From Falsarthrobacter nasiphocae (lineage in GTDB: Bacteria > Actinomycetota > Actinomycetes > Actinomycetales > Micrococcaceae), in contig NZ_JAVDUI010000001.1 in assembly GCF_031456275.1 (NCBI RefSeq), forward strand, positions 1,112,965 to 1,136,964: 24,000 nt of DNA. Direction: 5' to 3'. Each line of letters starts with the position of its first letter. The stretch's first letter is position 1. Shown here one piece after another: positions 1-8,086 of the stretch. Position numbers and translations under genes: made by a program. Under the pieces are notes generated by a model. It had not been told where the DNA came from. It did not search any database and saw only the letters and a program-made list of their open reading frames with translations.

Positions 1-471
1 GAACCGAGCGACTCGATGGACTCCGGCCTCGTCACCGACGTGAACCCCTCCGGCCAGCTGGACAAGGGCTCCTCGGTCTCCGTCACGTACTCCACCGGCC
101 CGGCCAAGGTGACCGTCCCGAGCGGGCTTGTGGGCCGCTCGGAGTCCTCGGCGGTCTCCGCCATAGAGGCGGCGGGACTCGCCGCCGAGAAGGGTGGCGA
201 GGAGAGCTCGGACTCCGTTCCCAAGGGTGCGGTCATCCGCGTCACGCCGGGCGAAGGAACAAGCGTGGACAAGGGCTCGACCGTCTCCTACGTGATCTCC
301 TCGGGCCCCAAGCGCACGCAGACGCCCACCCCCACTCCCTCGGACTCGGCGTCCCCGACCCCGAGCTCCACCCCCAGCTCCACCCCGTCCTCCGCGAGCG
401 CCACTCCCTCCGGGACCGAAACGGACACCCCCTCGGCGTCCGCCACCGCGTCGCGCAGCGGGGGCCTCTGA
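1..471 (+). CDS. pknB: 3' end of a PASTA-repeat Ser/Thr protein kinase (PknB-type); the kinase part lies upstream of the window
   Basis: Frame 1 is open from base 1 to TGA at 469-471. It shows PASTA-like units (VSVTYSTGPAKVTVPSGLVGRSESSAVSAIEAAGL; GSTVSYVISSGP) followed by a Pro/Ser/Thr-rich tail. crgA lies ~1 kb downstream, as in other Actinobacteria. The kinase domain is not visible, so the name is by context. Confidence 0.6.
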   Translation, partial: EPSDSMDSGLVTDVNPSGQLDKGSSVSVTYSTGPAKVTVPSGLVGRSESSAVSAIEAAGLAAEKGGEESSDSVPKGAVIRVTPGEGTSVDKGSTVSYVISSGPKRTQTPTPTPSDSASPTPSSTPSSTPSSASATPSGTETDTPSASATASRSGGL

Positions 472-483
472 CCGGAGCCCGCC

Positions 484-1443
484 ATGACGTCGCACGGCAA
501 GAACGTCCCCGACCCCGTCGAGGCGCCTCTCGAGGACCTGCTCTCCGGGGCCAGCGCGGGTGACGCACGGGCGGGCGGTTCCGGGGCGGGCGGTCCGGCG
601 TCCGTGCCGGGCGGGGGTGCGGACGACGCCGGGGCCGCCGCGCGCAAGCGCCGCCTCTCCCGGCGGGCCGTCATGACGCTCGTGGGCGCCGCGGGGGTCG
701 CGGCCGTTGCCGCCAGCGTGGGTGCCCTCCGAGGCGCCGCCCCCGGGCCGGCTGAGCCCATGACGGAGACGGTTCCCCCCGTTGCGGGCAGCACGCTCGA
801 GGAAGCCCAGGCGGCGCTCCGCCGGGCCGGGCTCAAGTACCGAACCAAGGAATCGCCCTCCGACTCCCCGCGCGGCTCCGTCCTCGGCACGGAGCCCGAG
901 GCCGGCAAGCCCGCCGACCGCGGCGCGGCCGTGCGGATCCTCGTCTCCAGCGGCCCGAGCCACGCCAAGGTCCCGGACCGTCTCGATGGCCTGGACGAGG
1001 CCGAGGCGCGTCGCCGTCTGGAGGACCTCGGCTTCACCGTGACCACCTCTCAGCAGAACTCGGCGAAGGTCTCGGAGAACAAGGTCATGAGCGTCACCCC
1101 CCAGCCCGGCACGGATGTGGCCGTCGGCACGGAGGTGGTCCTGACCGTCTCCTCGGGTCGCGTGACGATGCCGTCCCTCGTGGGCCTCAAGCGTGCAGAC
1201 GCCATCAGACGGCTCGAGGCGGACGACCTCCGCCTTCCCTATGAGATCCGCTACGCCTTCACGCGCGGACGCTCCTTCGGCACCGTGACGGAGCAGTCGG
1301 AGAAGGCCCACGCGTCCATCCCGGCCGGCACCAAGATCCGTCTCACCATCACCCTGGACCCTCGCAGGACGCGGCCGACGACGGCGCCAGCCCCGTCGTC
1401 GTCCCCCTCCTCCTCGAAGAGCCCTGAGCCGAAGCGGACGTAG
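484..1443 (+). CDS. Membrane-anchored PASTA-domain protein without a kinase domain (Gly/Ala-rich cytoplasmic head, one TM helix, three PASTA-like units, Pro/Ser tail)
   Basis: ATG at 484 has GGAG 6 nt upstream. The TM helix is VMTLVGAAGVAAVAASVGAL. Three units of ~65 aa each begin with a helix (STLEEAQAALRRAGL; LDEAEARRRLEDLGF; LKRADAIRRLEADDL). The first two end in V..VSSG; the third ends in KIRLTITLD. Confidence 0.7.
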   Translation: MTSHGKNVPDPVEAPLEDLLSGASAGDARAGGSGAGGPASVPGGGADDAGAAARKRRLSRRAVMTLVGAAGVAAVAASVGALRGAAPGPAEPMTETVPPVAGSTLEEAQAALRRAGLKYRTKESPSDSPRGSVLGTEPEAGKPADRGAAVRILVSSGPSHAKVPDRLDGLDEAEARRRLEDLGFTVTTSQQNSAKVSENKVMSVTPQPGTDVAVGTEVVLTVSSGRVTMPSLVGLKRADAIRRLEADDLRLPYEIRYAFTRGRSFGTVTEQSEKAHASIPAGTKIRLTITLDPRRTRPTTAPAPSSSPSSSKSPEPKRT

Positions 1444-1503
1444 ACTGGACTGGACCCGACCAGGCCCGGAGACCCAGGCCCCGACCCCGACCCCGAGGAA
1501 GCG

Positions 1504-1836
1504 ATGTCCACGAAGCGCTCACGCTCCAAGAGCTCGTCCGCACCCGCCGGGAAGTCCACCCGGACCCTCCGCAAGGACATCGACGAGATGCCTGCGGCGT
1601 TCCAGGACCGGCCCATCCCCGTGTCCTCGAGCAAGACCGCGCCCAAAGCCAGCACCCCCCTGCCGACCTGGTACAAAGTTCTCATGTTCGGGCTCATGGT
1701 CGTGGGCCTGCTGTGGGTTGTGGCGTTCTACATCATGCAGGCGAACGGCCCCGTGGCGGCATGGGGCCAGGGCAACATCGCGGCCGGCTTCGGGCTGATC
1801 CTCGTGGGCTTCATCATGATGATGCGCTGGCGCTGA
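1504..1836 (+). CDS. crgA: Cell division protein CrgA
   Basis: ATG has GAGGAAG upstream. The basic N-terminus is followed by two TM helices (PTWYKVLMFGLMVVGLLWVVAFY; GNIAAGFGLILVGFIMMMRW). Size (110 aa) and position next to the PASTA kinase are typical of actinobacterial CrgA. Confidence 0.85.
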   Translation: MSTKRSRSKSSSAPAGKSTRTLRKDIDEMPAAFQDRPIPVSSSKTAPKASTPLPTWYKVLMFGLMVVGLLWVVAFYIMQANGPVAAWGQGNIAAGFGLILVGFIMMMRWR

Positions 1837-1858
1837 CCCGGCATCGACAGGGCACAGA

Positions 1859-1890
1859 AAAGCGGGCGGCACGTGGGTGCCGCCCGCTTT
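1859..1890. terminator. Bidirectional intrinsic terminator between convergent crgA and pxpBC
   Basis: Perfect 14-bp stem AAAGCGGGCGGCAC / GTGCCGCCCGCTTT with loop GTGG. It is flanked by an A-run on the left and TTTCGCGTT on the right, so a U-tract is available on both strands. Confidence 0.8.
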
Positions 1891-1980
1891 CGCGTTCCCG
1901 CCTCGTGGCCGGCCGGGGTCAGCAGAGAGATCTGCAGGGTCCCGGCCGGCCAGAGGCAGCGGGTGACGAGCCCGCCGGCG

Positions 1981-3579
1981 TCAGTCGACGACGGCGAAGC
2001 GCACCGTGGCGCCGGGCGGGAGCTGTCCGGCGATCCACAGGTCCTCGTCGATGACCGCGCCGAGGACGGGGTAGCCGCCCGTCACCGGGTGATCCTGGAG
2101 GAAGAGGACGGGCAGGCCGTCCTTGGGGATCTGGAGGGCGCCGGCCACGGTGCCCTCGGAGGCGAGCTCGCCCTCGGCGGCGCGCTCCAGGGCCGGGCCC
2201 GTGAAGCGGACGCCGACTCGGCTGGACTTCTGGGTGACCTCGTACTCGCCGGCGAGGAACGCCGCAAGGGACTCGTCCGTGAACCAGTCCTGGCGGGGAC
2301 CGAGGGTGATGCGCAGGGTCGTCGCCTCGCCGCCGGCAGCCGGGAGGCCCTCGACGGGCGAGCCCGCGTCGCCCACGAAGGACTTCGGGGCCGGCGGGAG
2401 GACCGCAAGGCGGGTGCCCTCGACGAGGCGCTCGGGGCCCACGCCCGAGAGCGTGTCCGTGGAGCGGCTGCCGACGATCTCCGCGACATCGAACCCGCCA
2501 CGGACCGCGAGGTAGCTGCGCAGGCCCGCCTCGGGGGCGCCCACGTGCAGCCGGTCCCCCTGCTTGAGCTGAAGCGGCGCCTCGGTCACGGCGCGGCGCG
2601 TGCGACCGTCCGGGGTGGTGATCTTGATCGGCACGAGCGCGCCGGTCACGGCAACGACCTGGTCCGTGCGCGCCGCCAGACGGAACGTGCCGCCGATGAA
2701 CTCCACGCAAGCGGCGCCCGGCTCGTTGCCCACGAGCTGATTGGCGCGGCGCAGCCCCCAGCGGTCAACAGCGCCGGAGCGAGTGACGCCGATCCGGGCG
2801 AGGCCCGGGCGTCCAAGGTCCTGGATGGTGGCGAAGACGCCCGGGTCCCGGATCTCCAGGTGCCGCGCGGAGCGAATGAAGCTCGGAAGCTTGATGGGCG
2901 GTATGGAGACCTGCTCGCGGATCGCCTTGAACTGCACACGGTCCCCTGGCTGGATGAGCGCGGGGGCCTCCTTGGTCACGTCCCACAGGCGGGCCTTCGT
3001 GCGGCCGATCAGCTGCCAGCCGCCCGGGCTTGAGCGCGGGTAGACCGCCGAGAAGCCGTCCGCGAGCGCCACGGATCCCGCGGGAACCTCGGTGCGGGGC
3101 GAGTCGAGGCGTGGCACCGTGAGGCGCTGATCCTCGCTCGTGAGGTACGCGAAGCCGGGGGCGAACCCGCCGAAGGCGGCGGTCCACTCCGTGCCCGTGT
3201 GGGCCTCGATGACGGCGTCCCGGGCGGCGGTCGGATCCTCGGTGAGGCCTGCGAGGCGCGCCACGGCGGCGATGTCCTCGCCGTTGTAGACCGTCTCGAC
3301 GACGACGAGCTTGCCCTCGCTCGCCTCCCGGAGGACGACGGCGCGGCTCATGACGTCATCGATGGCCGCCTGGAGCTTCTCCGCGGCGTCCACCTCGACG
3401 AGGAGGGTGCGGGCCGCGGCGACGAGCTCCACCATGCCCTCGACGGGGCGCTCCGCGAGGTTCGCCTGGGCGGTCACCACGGACTCGAGGTCCGCGAACT
3501 CGAAGAGGACGGCCCGGCGGGAGGAGCGGCGGTACCCAGTGGGGCCCGTGGGGGTGCTGCTGGTGGGGTCCTGGGTCAT
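1981..3579 (-). CDS. pxpBC: Fused 5-oxoprolinase subunits PxpB (KipI/AHS1-like, N-terminal) and PxpC (KipA/AHS2-like, C-terminal)
   Basis: The N-terminal half has GFAPGFAYL...[34 protein letters not shown]. The C-terminal half has [36 protein letters not shown]. The start overlaps the pxpA stop as ATGA (3576-3579). Confidence 0.85.
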   Translation of the reverse strand: MTQDPTSSTPTGPTGYRRSSRRAVLFEFADLESVVTAQANLAERPVEGMVELVAAARTLLVEVDAAEKLQAAIDDVMSRAVVLREASEGKLVVVETVYNGEDIAAVARLAGLTEDPTAARDAVIEAHTGTEWTAAFGGFAPGFAYLTSEDQRLTVPRLDSPRTEVPAGSVALADGFSAVYPRSSPGGWQLIGRTKARLWDVTKEAPALIQPGDRVQFKAIREQVSIPPIKLPSFIRSARHLEIRDPGVFATIQDLGRPGLARIGVTRSGAVDRWGLRRANQLVGNEPGAACVEFIGGTFRLAARTDQVVAVTGALVPIKITTPDGRTRRAVTEAPLQLKQGDRLHVGAPEAGLRSYLAVRGGFDVAEIVGSRSTDTLSGVGPERLVEGTRLAVLPPAPKSFVGDAGSPVEGLPAAGGEATTLRITLGPRQDWFTDESLAAFLAGEYEVTQKSSRVGVRFTGPALERAAEGELASEGTVAGALQIPKDGLPVLFLQDHPVTGGYPVLGAVIDEDLWIAGQLPPGATVRFAVVD

Positions 3580-4331
3580 GCGAAGCTCCTGATGGTGATG
3601 CCCTCGGCCTCGAGGGTCCGCTTGACGTCGGCGGCCATGGCCACCGCGCCCGGGGAGTCCCCGTGGACGCAGATGCTGTGGGCGGTGACCGGGATGATCG
3701 TGCCGTCGATCGCCTTGATCTCGCCGTTGGCGATCCGCGTGACGTGCTCCGGGATCTGCTCCTCGGTGAGGACGGCCCCGGGCTCGCGGCGGGAGACGAG
3801 GCTGCCGTCCGGCATGTAGGCGCGGTCCGCGAACGCCTCGTGCGCCACGCGCAGGCCGGCCTCCTCTGCGAGGCGGCCCGCCACGGAGCCGGGCAGGGTC
3901 AGGAGCGTCAGGCTCTGGTCCACTGCGGCAATCGCGGAGACGACGGCGGCGGCTTGCGCCTCGTGATGCACGATCGTGTTGTACAGGGCGCCGTGGGGCT
4001 TGACGTAGGCCACCCGTCCGCCCGCCACAGAGGCCATCGCCTGGAGGGCGCCGATCTGGTAGATGACGTCCGCGGTGAGCTCCGCGGGGGAGGCGTCAAG
4101 GAAGCGCCGCCCGAAGCCGGCCAGGTCACGGTACGCGGGGTGGGCGCCAATGGTGACCCCCCGCTCCACGGCGGTCTTGCAGGTGGCAAGCATGACGGAC
4201 GGGTCCCCTGCGTGGAAGCCGCAGGCGGCATTGATGCTGGAGACGGACTCCATGACGGCCGAGTCGTCCCCGAGGGTCCACCGTCCGAAGGACTCTCCAA
4301 CGTCGCTGTTGAGATCGATTGCGTGGCTCAT
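3576..4331 (-). CDS. pxpA: 5-oxoprolinase subunit A (LamB/YcsF family)
   Basis: The N-terminus [14 protein letters not shown] and the motifs [12 protein letters not shown] and [11 protein letters not shown] are typical of PxpA. It is translationally coupled to pxpBC. Confidence 0.9.
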   Translation of the reverse strand: MSHAIDLNSDVGESFGRWTLGDDSAVMESVSSINAACGFHAGDPSVMLATCKTAVERGVTIGAHPAYRDLAGFGRRFLDASPAELTADVIYQIGALQAMASVAGGRVAYVKPHGALYNTIVHHEAQAAAVVSAIAAVDQSLTLLTLPGSVAGRLAEEAGLRVAHEAFADRAYMPDGSLVSRREPGAVLTEEQIPEHVTRIANGEIKAIDGTIIPVTAHSICVHGDSPGAVAMAADVKRTLEAEGITIRSFA

Positions 4332-4398
4332 ACTTCTGAGGGTAGTCGGCTCACCGGCGAGCGGCGGTCAGGCTGGCCTCATCCGCCCCCGTCCCCGC

Positions 4399-4480
4399 CT
4401 CTCCCACTCCCGTTCCGGGGCGGGTTTCGCACGTTTTAGGCCGGGTTTTTGGTTGAAATTCGCCGCCCAACGGGGTCAAG
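4399..4480. repeat. Intergenic imperfect-palindromic repeat, copy A
   Basis: The 23-mer CGTTCCGGGGCGGGTTTCGCACG (4411-4433) is identical to 8097-8119. A second block, TCGCCGCCCAACGGGG, lies at 4460-4475. The arms CCCGTT..GGCGG (4409-4423) and CCGCC.AACGGG (4463-4474) can pair. This copy overlaps the last ~15 codons and the stop of the 4436-6112 gene. Confidence 0.75.
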
Positions 4481-6112
4481 GAGGGGCGTAGGGCGCTCGG
4501 GGGCGCCGGCGGGGGCCGCGGTGAGCTCGTACGTCGTCGTCCTCTCCCCCTGGCCGCCGTTCATACGGAGCACCCCTGCGTCGAGGAGCGCACCCACCGC
4601 ATACCGCACCTGGCCAGGTGAGAGGGAAGCAGCCGCCCGGAGCTCGGAGAATCGCAGGGGCCGGCCGGCCTGGGCCAGCGCGGCGAGGATCACGGGGCCG
4701 TTCTTGGTCGTGGCGGCCGCCGCGTGCGCTGAGGCTGCCGCGGGGGTGGGGGCGGCGGCACCGTCGTCGTCCGCCTGGGACATGTCAGGCAGGGCCGGGA
4801 CCTGCTCCGGAACCCCGGAGACGGAGCCCGTCCCGGACGAGGTCCCGGCGCGGGGCGCTGTCTCGCCGTCGCGCACCGGCGCCCAGAGCGTGACCTTGAA
4901 CTGGACGCCGGTGTCATCAAGGGCCGGCGGGAGGAGGCCCGCGCGTGCTGAGGCGCGGTGGACGAGACGCAGCCCGCCGCCTTCGCCCTCGACGACCGCG
5001 TCGCCATCCCGTGTGCGGAGCTTCTTGGCGATCGCGTAGAGACGCTGATTGACCGCCGCCTGGGCGTGCTCCTCGCTGCGCAGCTGCTCGACAGAGACGT
5101 TCTTGAGCCCCCCAGGGCTGACGATGAACAGGCCCCTCGGAGTGAGGCGAATCTGGATGCTCTTGCCCGCACCGAGCGTGTCAGGACCAAGATCCCGGTG
5201 GACCAGCGCGTTGGCGACGAGCTCACGGACGGCGTCCAGGGGATACTCCGGGACCGAGCGCATGTGCCCGCTCTCGCGGTAGGCCTGGACTGTGGGGACG
5301 TTCTGGGCCACCCAGTCCATGATCTCCTCAAGCAGCGCCGGGATGGGCCCCGTGAAGTCCTGGAGGTTGCGCGTGCGGCCCCCGGACGCGCTGTACGGCA
5401 GCTGCACCGCCGCGGTCACGGTGAGGGACGGCTCCTCCCCCTGGGGGTAGCGCCCCATGGCGTACAGACCAGCCAGCGTGAGCGAGCCCGAGGCGGTGGT
5501 GACTCCCGTCTGGCGGAGAATTGCCGCGTCATCCTCGTCCCTGAGGCGCGGATTCGAGCGGCGCACCTCACTCAGGTAGTCGGCGAGGATCCCCGGATCC
5601 AGGTCATCCGCGGTCTGGCCGTTGACGGGGGTTCGGTCATAGTGGACCGCCTCGTCAGCGTGGAGCTTCTGGACCTCGATCATGCGGAGCTCGTGGGGCT
5701 GCATGGGATAGTCCCCGTCAGCTTGGCGGAGGTAGGCCCGGCCGCGCGTCTCGGCCGGGCGTTCGGTCAAAGGCAGGGGGACGACGTCCGCGATGACCAC
5801 GGGCCGGCCATCGACGACGAGCGTCTCGATCTCCACGTGCGGGGAGGGGTTGACGGCTGTGCGGGCCTGCGCGGCGAGGCCCTGGGCCAGTCGCGCGGGG
5901 TCCTCGACCCCGGTGACCTCCAGGCCGCGAGCCTCGTCCACACCCAAGACAATGGTTCCGCCGCGAGGCATGTTCGCGAAAGCGCAGATCGTCTCGGCAC
6001 ATGACTGCGGAAGCCCGCCTGCCGCGCGCTTGAGCTCGAGATGCGTCGAGTCCCCGCGATGGATCCTGAGGGCGGCCAGAGCCTCCGTGAGGCGGTCAAC
6101 GGTCCACGTCAT
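4436..6112 (-). CDS. AlbA_2 (Schlafen-type) DNA-binding domain / HATPase_c_4-like / C-terminal winged-helix protein (usually annotated 'ATP-binding protein' or 'putative transcriptional regulator')
   Basis: The N-terminal motif is DSTHLELKRAAGG...ETICAFANMPRGGTIVLGVDE. The mid-protein has LDAVRELVANALVHRD...IQIRLTPRGLFIVSPGGL. An Ala/Pro linker leads to GPVILAALAQAGRPLRFSELRAAASLSPGQVRYAVGALLDAGVL. ATG at 6112 is preferred over the upstream TTG at 6127. Confidence 0.7.
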   Translation of the reverse strand: MTWTVDRLTEALAALRIHRGDSTHLELKRAAGGLPQSCAETICAFANMPRGGTIVLGVDEARGLEVTGVEDPARLAQGLAAQARTAVNPSPHVEIETLVVDGRPVVIADVVPLPLTERPAETRGRAYLRQADGDYPMQPHELRMIEVQKLHADEAVHYDRTPVNGQTADDLDPGILADYLSEVRRSNPRLRDEDDAAILRQTGVTTASGSLTLAGLYAMGRYPQGEEPSLTVTAAVQLPYSASGGRTRNLQDFTGPIPALLEEIMDWVAQNVPTVQAYRESGHMRSVPEYPLDAVRELVANALVHRDLGPDTLGAGKSIQIRLTPRGLFIVSPGGLKNVSVEQLRSEEHAQAAVNQRLYAIAKKLRTRDGDAVVEGEGGGLRLVHRASARAGLLPPALDDTGVQFKVTLWAPVRDGETAPRAGTSSGTGSVSGVPEQVPALPDMSQADDDGAAAPTPAAASAHAAAATTKNGPVILAALAQAGRPLRFSELRAAASLSPGQVRYAVGALLDAGVLRMNGGQGERTTTYELTAAPAGAPERPTPLLDPVGRRISTKNPA

Positions 6113-6135
6113 AGCGCCAAAGTACAACTCATACT

Positions 6136-6197
6136 GTCAAAGTGCAACTGAAACTGTAAGACTTGAAGTGCACCAAGTTCTACTTTTGCACTTTGAC
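6136..6197. promoter_or_regulatory. AT-rich promoter/operator region with a perfect 12-bp inverted repeat upstream of the AlbA_2 gene
   Basis: GTCAAAGTGCAA (6136-6147) and its exact reverse complement TTGCACTTTGAC (6186-6197) are separated by 38 bp. A third half-site, AAGTGCAC, lies at 6166-6173. G+C drops locally, and the region starts 24 bp upstream of ATG 6112. Confidence 0.4.
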
Positions 6198-6220
6198 TTT
6201 CGCTGACTTGCCTCTAGACC

Positions 6221-6369
6221 CGCCTCCCCCTCTCCTCTCCTATTCGGCGGCGAGTCTCGCACGGTTTCAGGCGGGTTCGTGGTCGGAAATCGCCACGCAA
6301 CGGGGGCCCCGTCGGGAATCGCCACGCAACGGGGGACCCGTCGGAAGTCGCCACGCAACGGGGGGCCCG
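6221..6369. repeat. Intergenic imperfect-palindromic repeat, copy B (diverged, right arm triplicated)
   Basis: A C/T-rich left flank is followed by CGGCGGCGAGTCTCGCACG (6245-6263), which matches copy A at 15 of 19 positions. A similar spacer (GGTTTCAGGCGGGTTCGTGGTCGGAAA) and TCGCCACGCAACGGGG (6290-6305) follow. The copy ends 9 bp before the stop of the FAD dehydrogenase gene. Confidence 0.7.
6283..6369. repeat. 3 x 29 bp head-to-tail tandem repeat (TCGGRAWTCGCCACGCAACGGGGGNCCCG)
   Basis: The units are 6283-6311, 6312-6340 and 6341-6369. They differ at only a few positions. There are no spacers between units. Confidence 0.9.
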
Positions 6370-6377
6370 GGCGCGGA

Positions 6378-8057
6378 TCAGCTGCGCGCGATGACGTCGC
6401 GGCCCGCCCGCAGACCCGAGAACAGGCAGCCGCCGAGGAACGTGCCCTCAAGCGAGCGGTACCCGTGGACGCCGCCGCCGCCGAACCCGGCAGCCTCGCC
6501 CGCGGCGTACAGCCCCGGCACGGGCTCGCCGTCGTGCCCCAGCACCCGGGACCCGAGGTCCGTGTGGAGGCCGCCCAGCGTCTTGCGCGTCAGGACGTGC
6601 AGCTTCACGGCGATCAGGCCCCCGGCCTCCGGGTCGAGGAGGCGGTGCGGCTTGGCGGTCCGGATGAGGCGGTCCCCGATGTAGTTGCGGGCGCCGCGCA
6701 GCGCCGTGACCTGAAGGTCCTTCGTGAAGGGGTTCGCGATCTCCCGGTCACGGGCCTCGATCTCGAGCGCGACCTGCTCGCCGTCCAGCACCTCCCCGCC
6801 CTCGAGGGCCTGCATCTTCCGCACCAGGTCCTCCACCGTGTCCGCCTGGACGAAGTCCTCGCCGTGGTCCAAGAACGCCTGCACAGGCCCCGGGATGCCC
6901 TGCGTGGCGCGGGAGAGCACCGCTTTGACGGACTTGCCCGTCAGGTCCGGGTTCTGCTCCTGGCCGGAGAGGGCGAACTCCTTGGCGATGATCGCAGGGG
7001 TGAGGACAAACCACGAGTGGTCGTGGCCCGTGGTGCGCAGGTGCTCCAGCGTGCCCAGCGTGTCGAACCCGGGGAACAGCGGGACGGGCAGGCGGCGCCC
7101 GGTGGCGTCGAGCCAGAGGGAGCTTGGGCCGGGCAGGATGCGAATGCCGTGGTTCTTCCACACCGGGTCCCAGTTCTTGATGCCCTCAACGTAGTGCCAC
7201 ATACGGTCCTCGTTGATGACCGCGCCACCGGCCTGCCGGGCGATCTGAATGCCGCGGCCGTCCACGTACGCGGGAACGCCCGCAACCATGTCCTTCGGCG
7301 CGGCGCCCAGGCGCTCGGGCCAGGCGGCCCTCACCGCGTCCAGGCTGCCTCCAATTCCTCCCGTGGCGACGACGACGGCGGGGCCGCTCAACTCGAACTC
7401 GCCCGCGGGCTCGCGCGAGGTTGCGGTGCCGCGAGGCGCGTCGTCGTGCGCCAAAACCGTCCCCTTGACCCCGGCGACAGCGCCGCCAGAGGTGAGGATC
7501 TCATCCACCTGGTGACGGAAGAGGAAGTCCAGGCGACCGATGGCCTCCTGGGCGCGGCAGCGGCGCGCAAGAACCTCCACGAGCTCGGGGCCCGTGCCCC
7601 AGGTGATGTGGAAGCGGGGCACGGAATTGCCGTGCGAGCGGGCGAGACCGGAGCCGCGCTCAGCCCAGCCGACGACAGGGAAGAGGCGGTGGCCCTGCTG
7701 CTTGAGCCACTCCCGCTTGGGGCCAGCCGCCCACTCGACGTAGGCCTTGGCCCACTCGCGGGGCCAGTGGTCCTCGGGGCGGTCGAACCCCGCCGAGCCC
7801 TCCCAGTCCTGCCAGGCGAGCTCCGCGGAGTCCTTGATGCCCAGGCGGCGCTGCTCCGGCGAGTCCACGAGGAACAGACCGCCGAAGGACCAGAAGGCCT
7901 GGCCGCCGAGGCTCTGCGGGCCCTCCTGCTCAAGGACGGCGACGCGGAGGCCTGCCTCTGCCGCTTCGGCGGCCGCCGTGAGGCCCGCAAGCCCGGCGCC
8001 GATGACGATGAGGTCGTAGGGAGAAGAGCTGGTGCGCGATCCGGAGGTGTGGCTCAT
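6378..8057 (-). CDS. FAD-binding dehydrogenase (COG3573-like predicted oxidoreductase)
   Basis: The dinucleotide-binding motif is YDLIVIGAGLAGLTAAAEAAEAGLRVAVLEQE. It is followed by GGQAFWSFGGLFLVDSPEQRRLGIKDS and a C-terminal GLYAAGEAAGFGGGGVHGYRSLEGTFLGGCLFSG. ATG at 8057 (MSHTSG) is preferred over the upstream alternative start at 8093. Confidence 0.8.
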   Translation of the reverse strand: MSHTSGSRTSSSPYDLIVIGAGLAGLTAAAEAAEAGLRVAVLEQEGPQSLGGQAFWSFGGLFLVDSPEQRRLGIKDSAELAWQDWEGSAGFDRPEDHWPREWAKAYVEWAAGPKREWLKQQGHRLFPVVGWAERGSGLARSHGNSVPRFHITWGTGPELVEVLARRCRAQEAIGRLDFLFRHQVDEILTSGGAVAGVKGTVLAHDDAPRGTATSREPAGEFELSGPAVVVATGGIGGSLDAVRAAWPERLGAAPKDMVAGVPAYVDGRGIQIARQAGGAVINEDRMWHYVEGIKNWDPVWKNHGIRILPGPSSLWLDATGRRLPVPLFPGFDTLGTLEHLRTTGHDHSWFVLTPAIIAKEFALSGQEQNPDLTGKSVKAVLSRATQGIPGPVQAFLDHGEDFVQADTVEDLVRKMQALEGGEVLDGEQVALEIEARDREIANPFTKDLQVTALRGARNYIGDRLIRTAKPHRLLDPEAGGLIAVKLHVLTRKTLGGLHTDLGSRVLGHDGEPVPGLYAAGEAAGFGGGGVHGYRSLEGTFLGGCLFSGLRAGRDVIARS

Positions 8058-8086
8058 GACACAGAAGTGTACGTCGGGGCGGCCAC

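Noticed and set aside
330-440. Short nucleotide repeats encoding the STPSSTPSS / PTPTP tails of the kinase and of the PASTA protein (also 1380-1440)
   Set aside because: These are low-complexity Pro/Ser/Thr linker sequences typical of actinobacterial exported domains, not a discrete repeat element.
6283-6369. Possible CRISPR array, given three ~29-bp direct repeats
   Set aside because: The repeats are directly abutting with no spacers. There are only three units, and there are no cas genes or leader sequence. It is a minisatellite derived from the right arm of the intergenic repeat.
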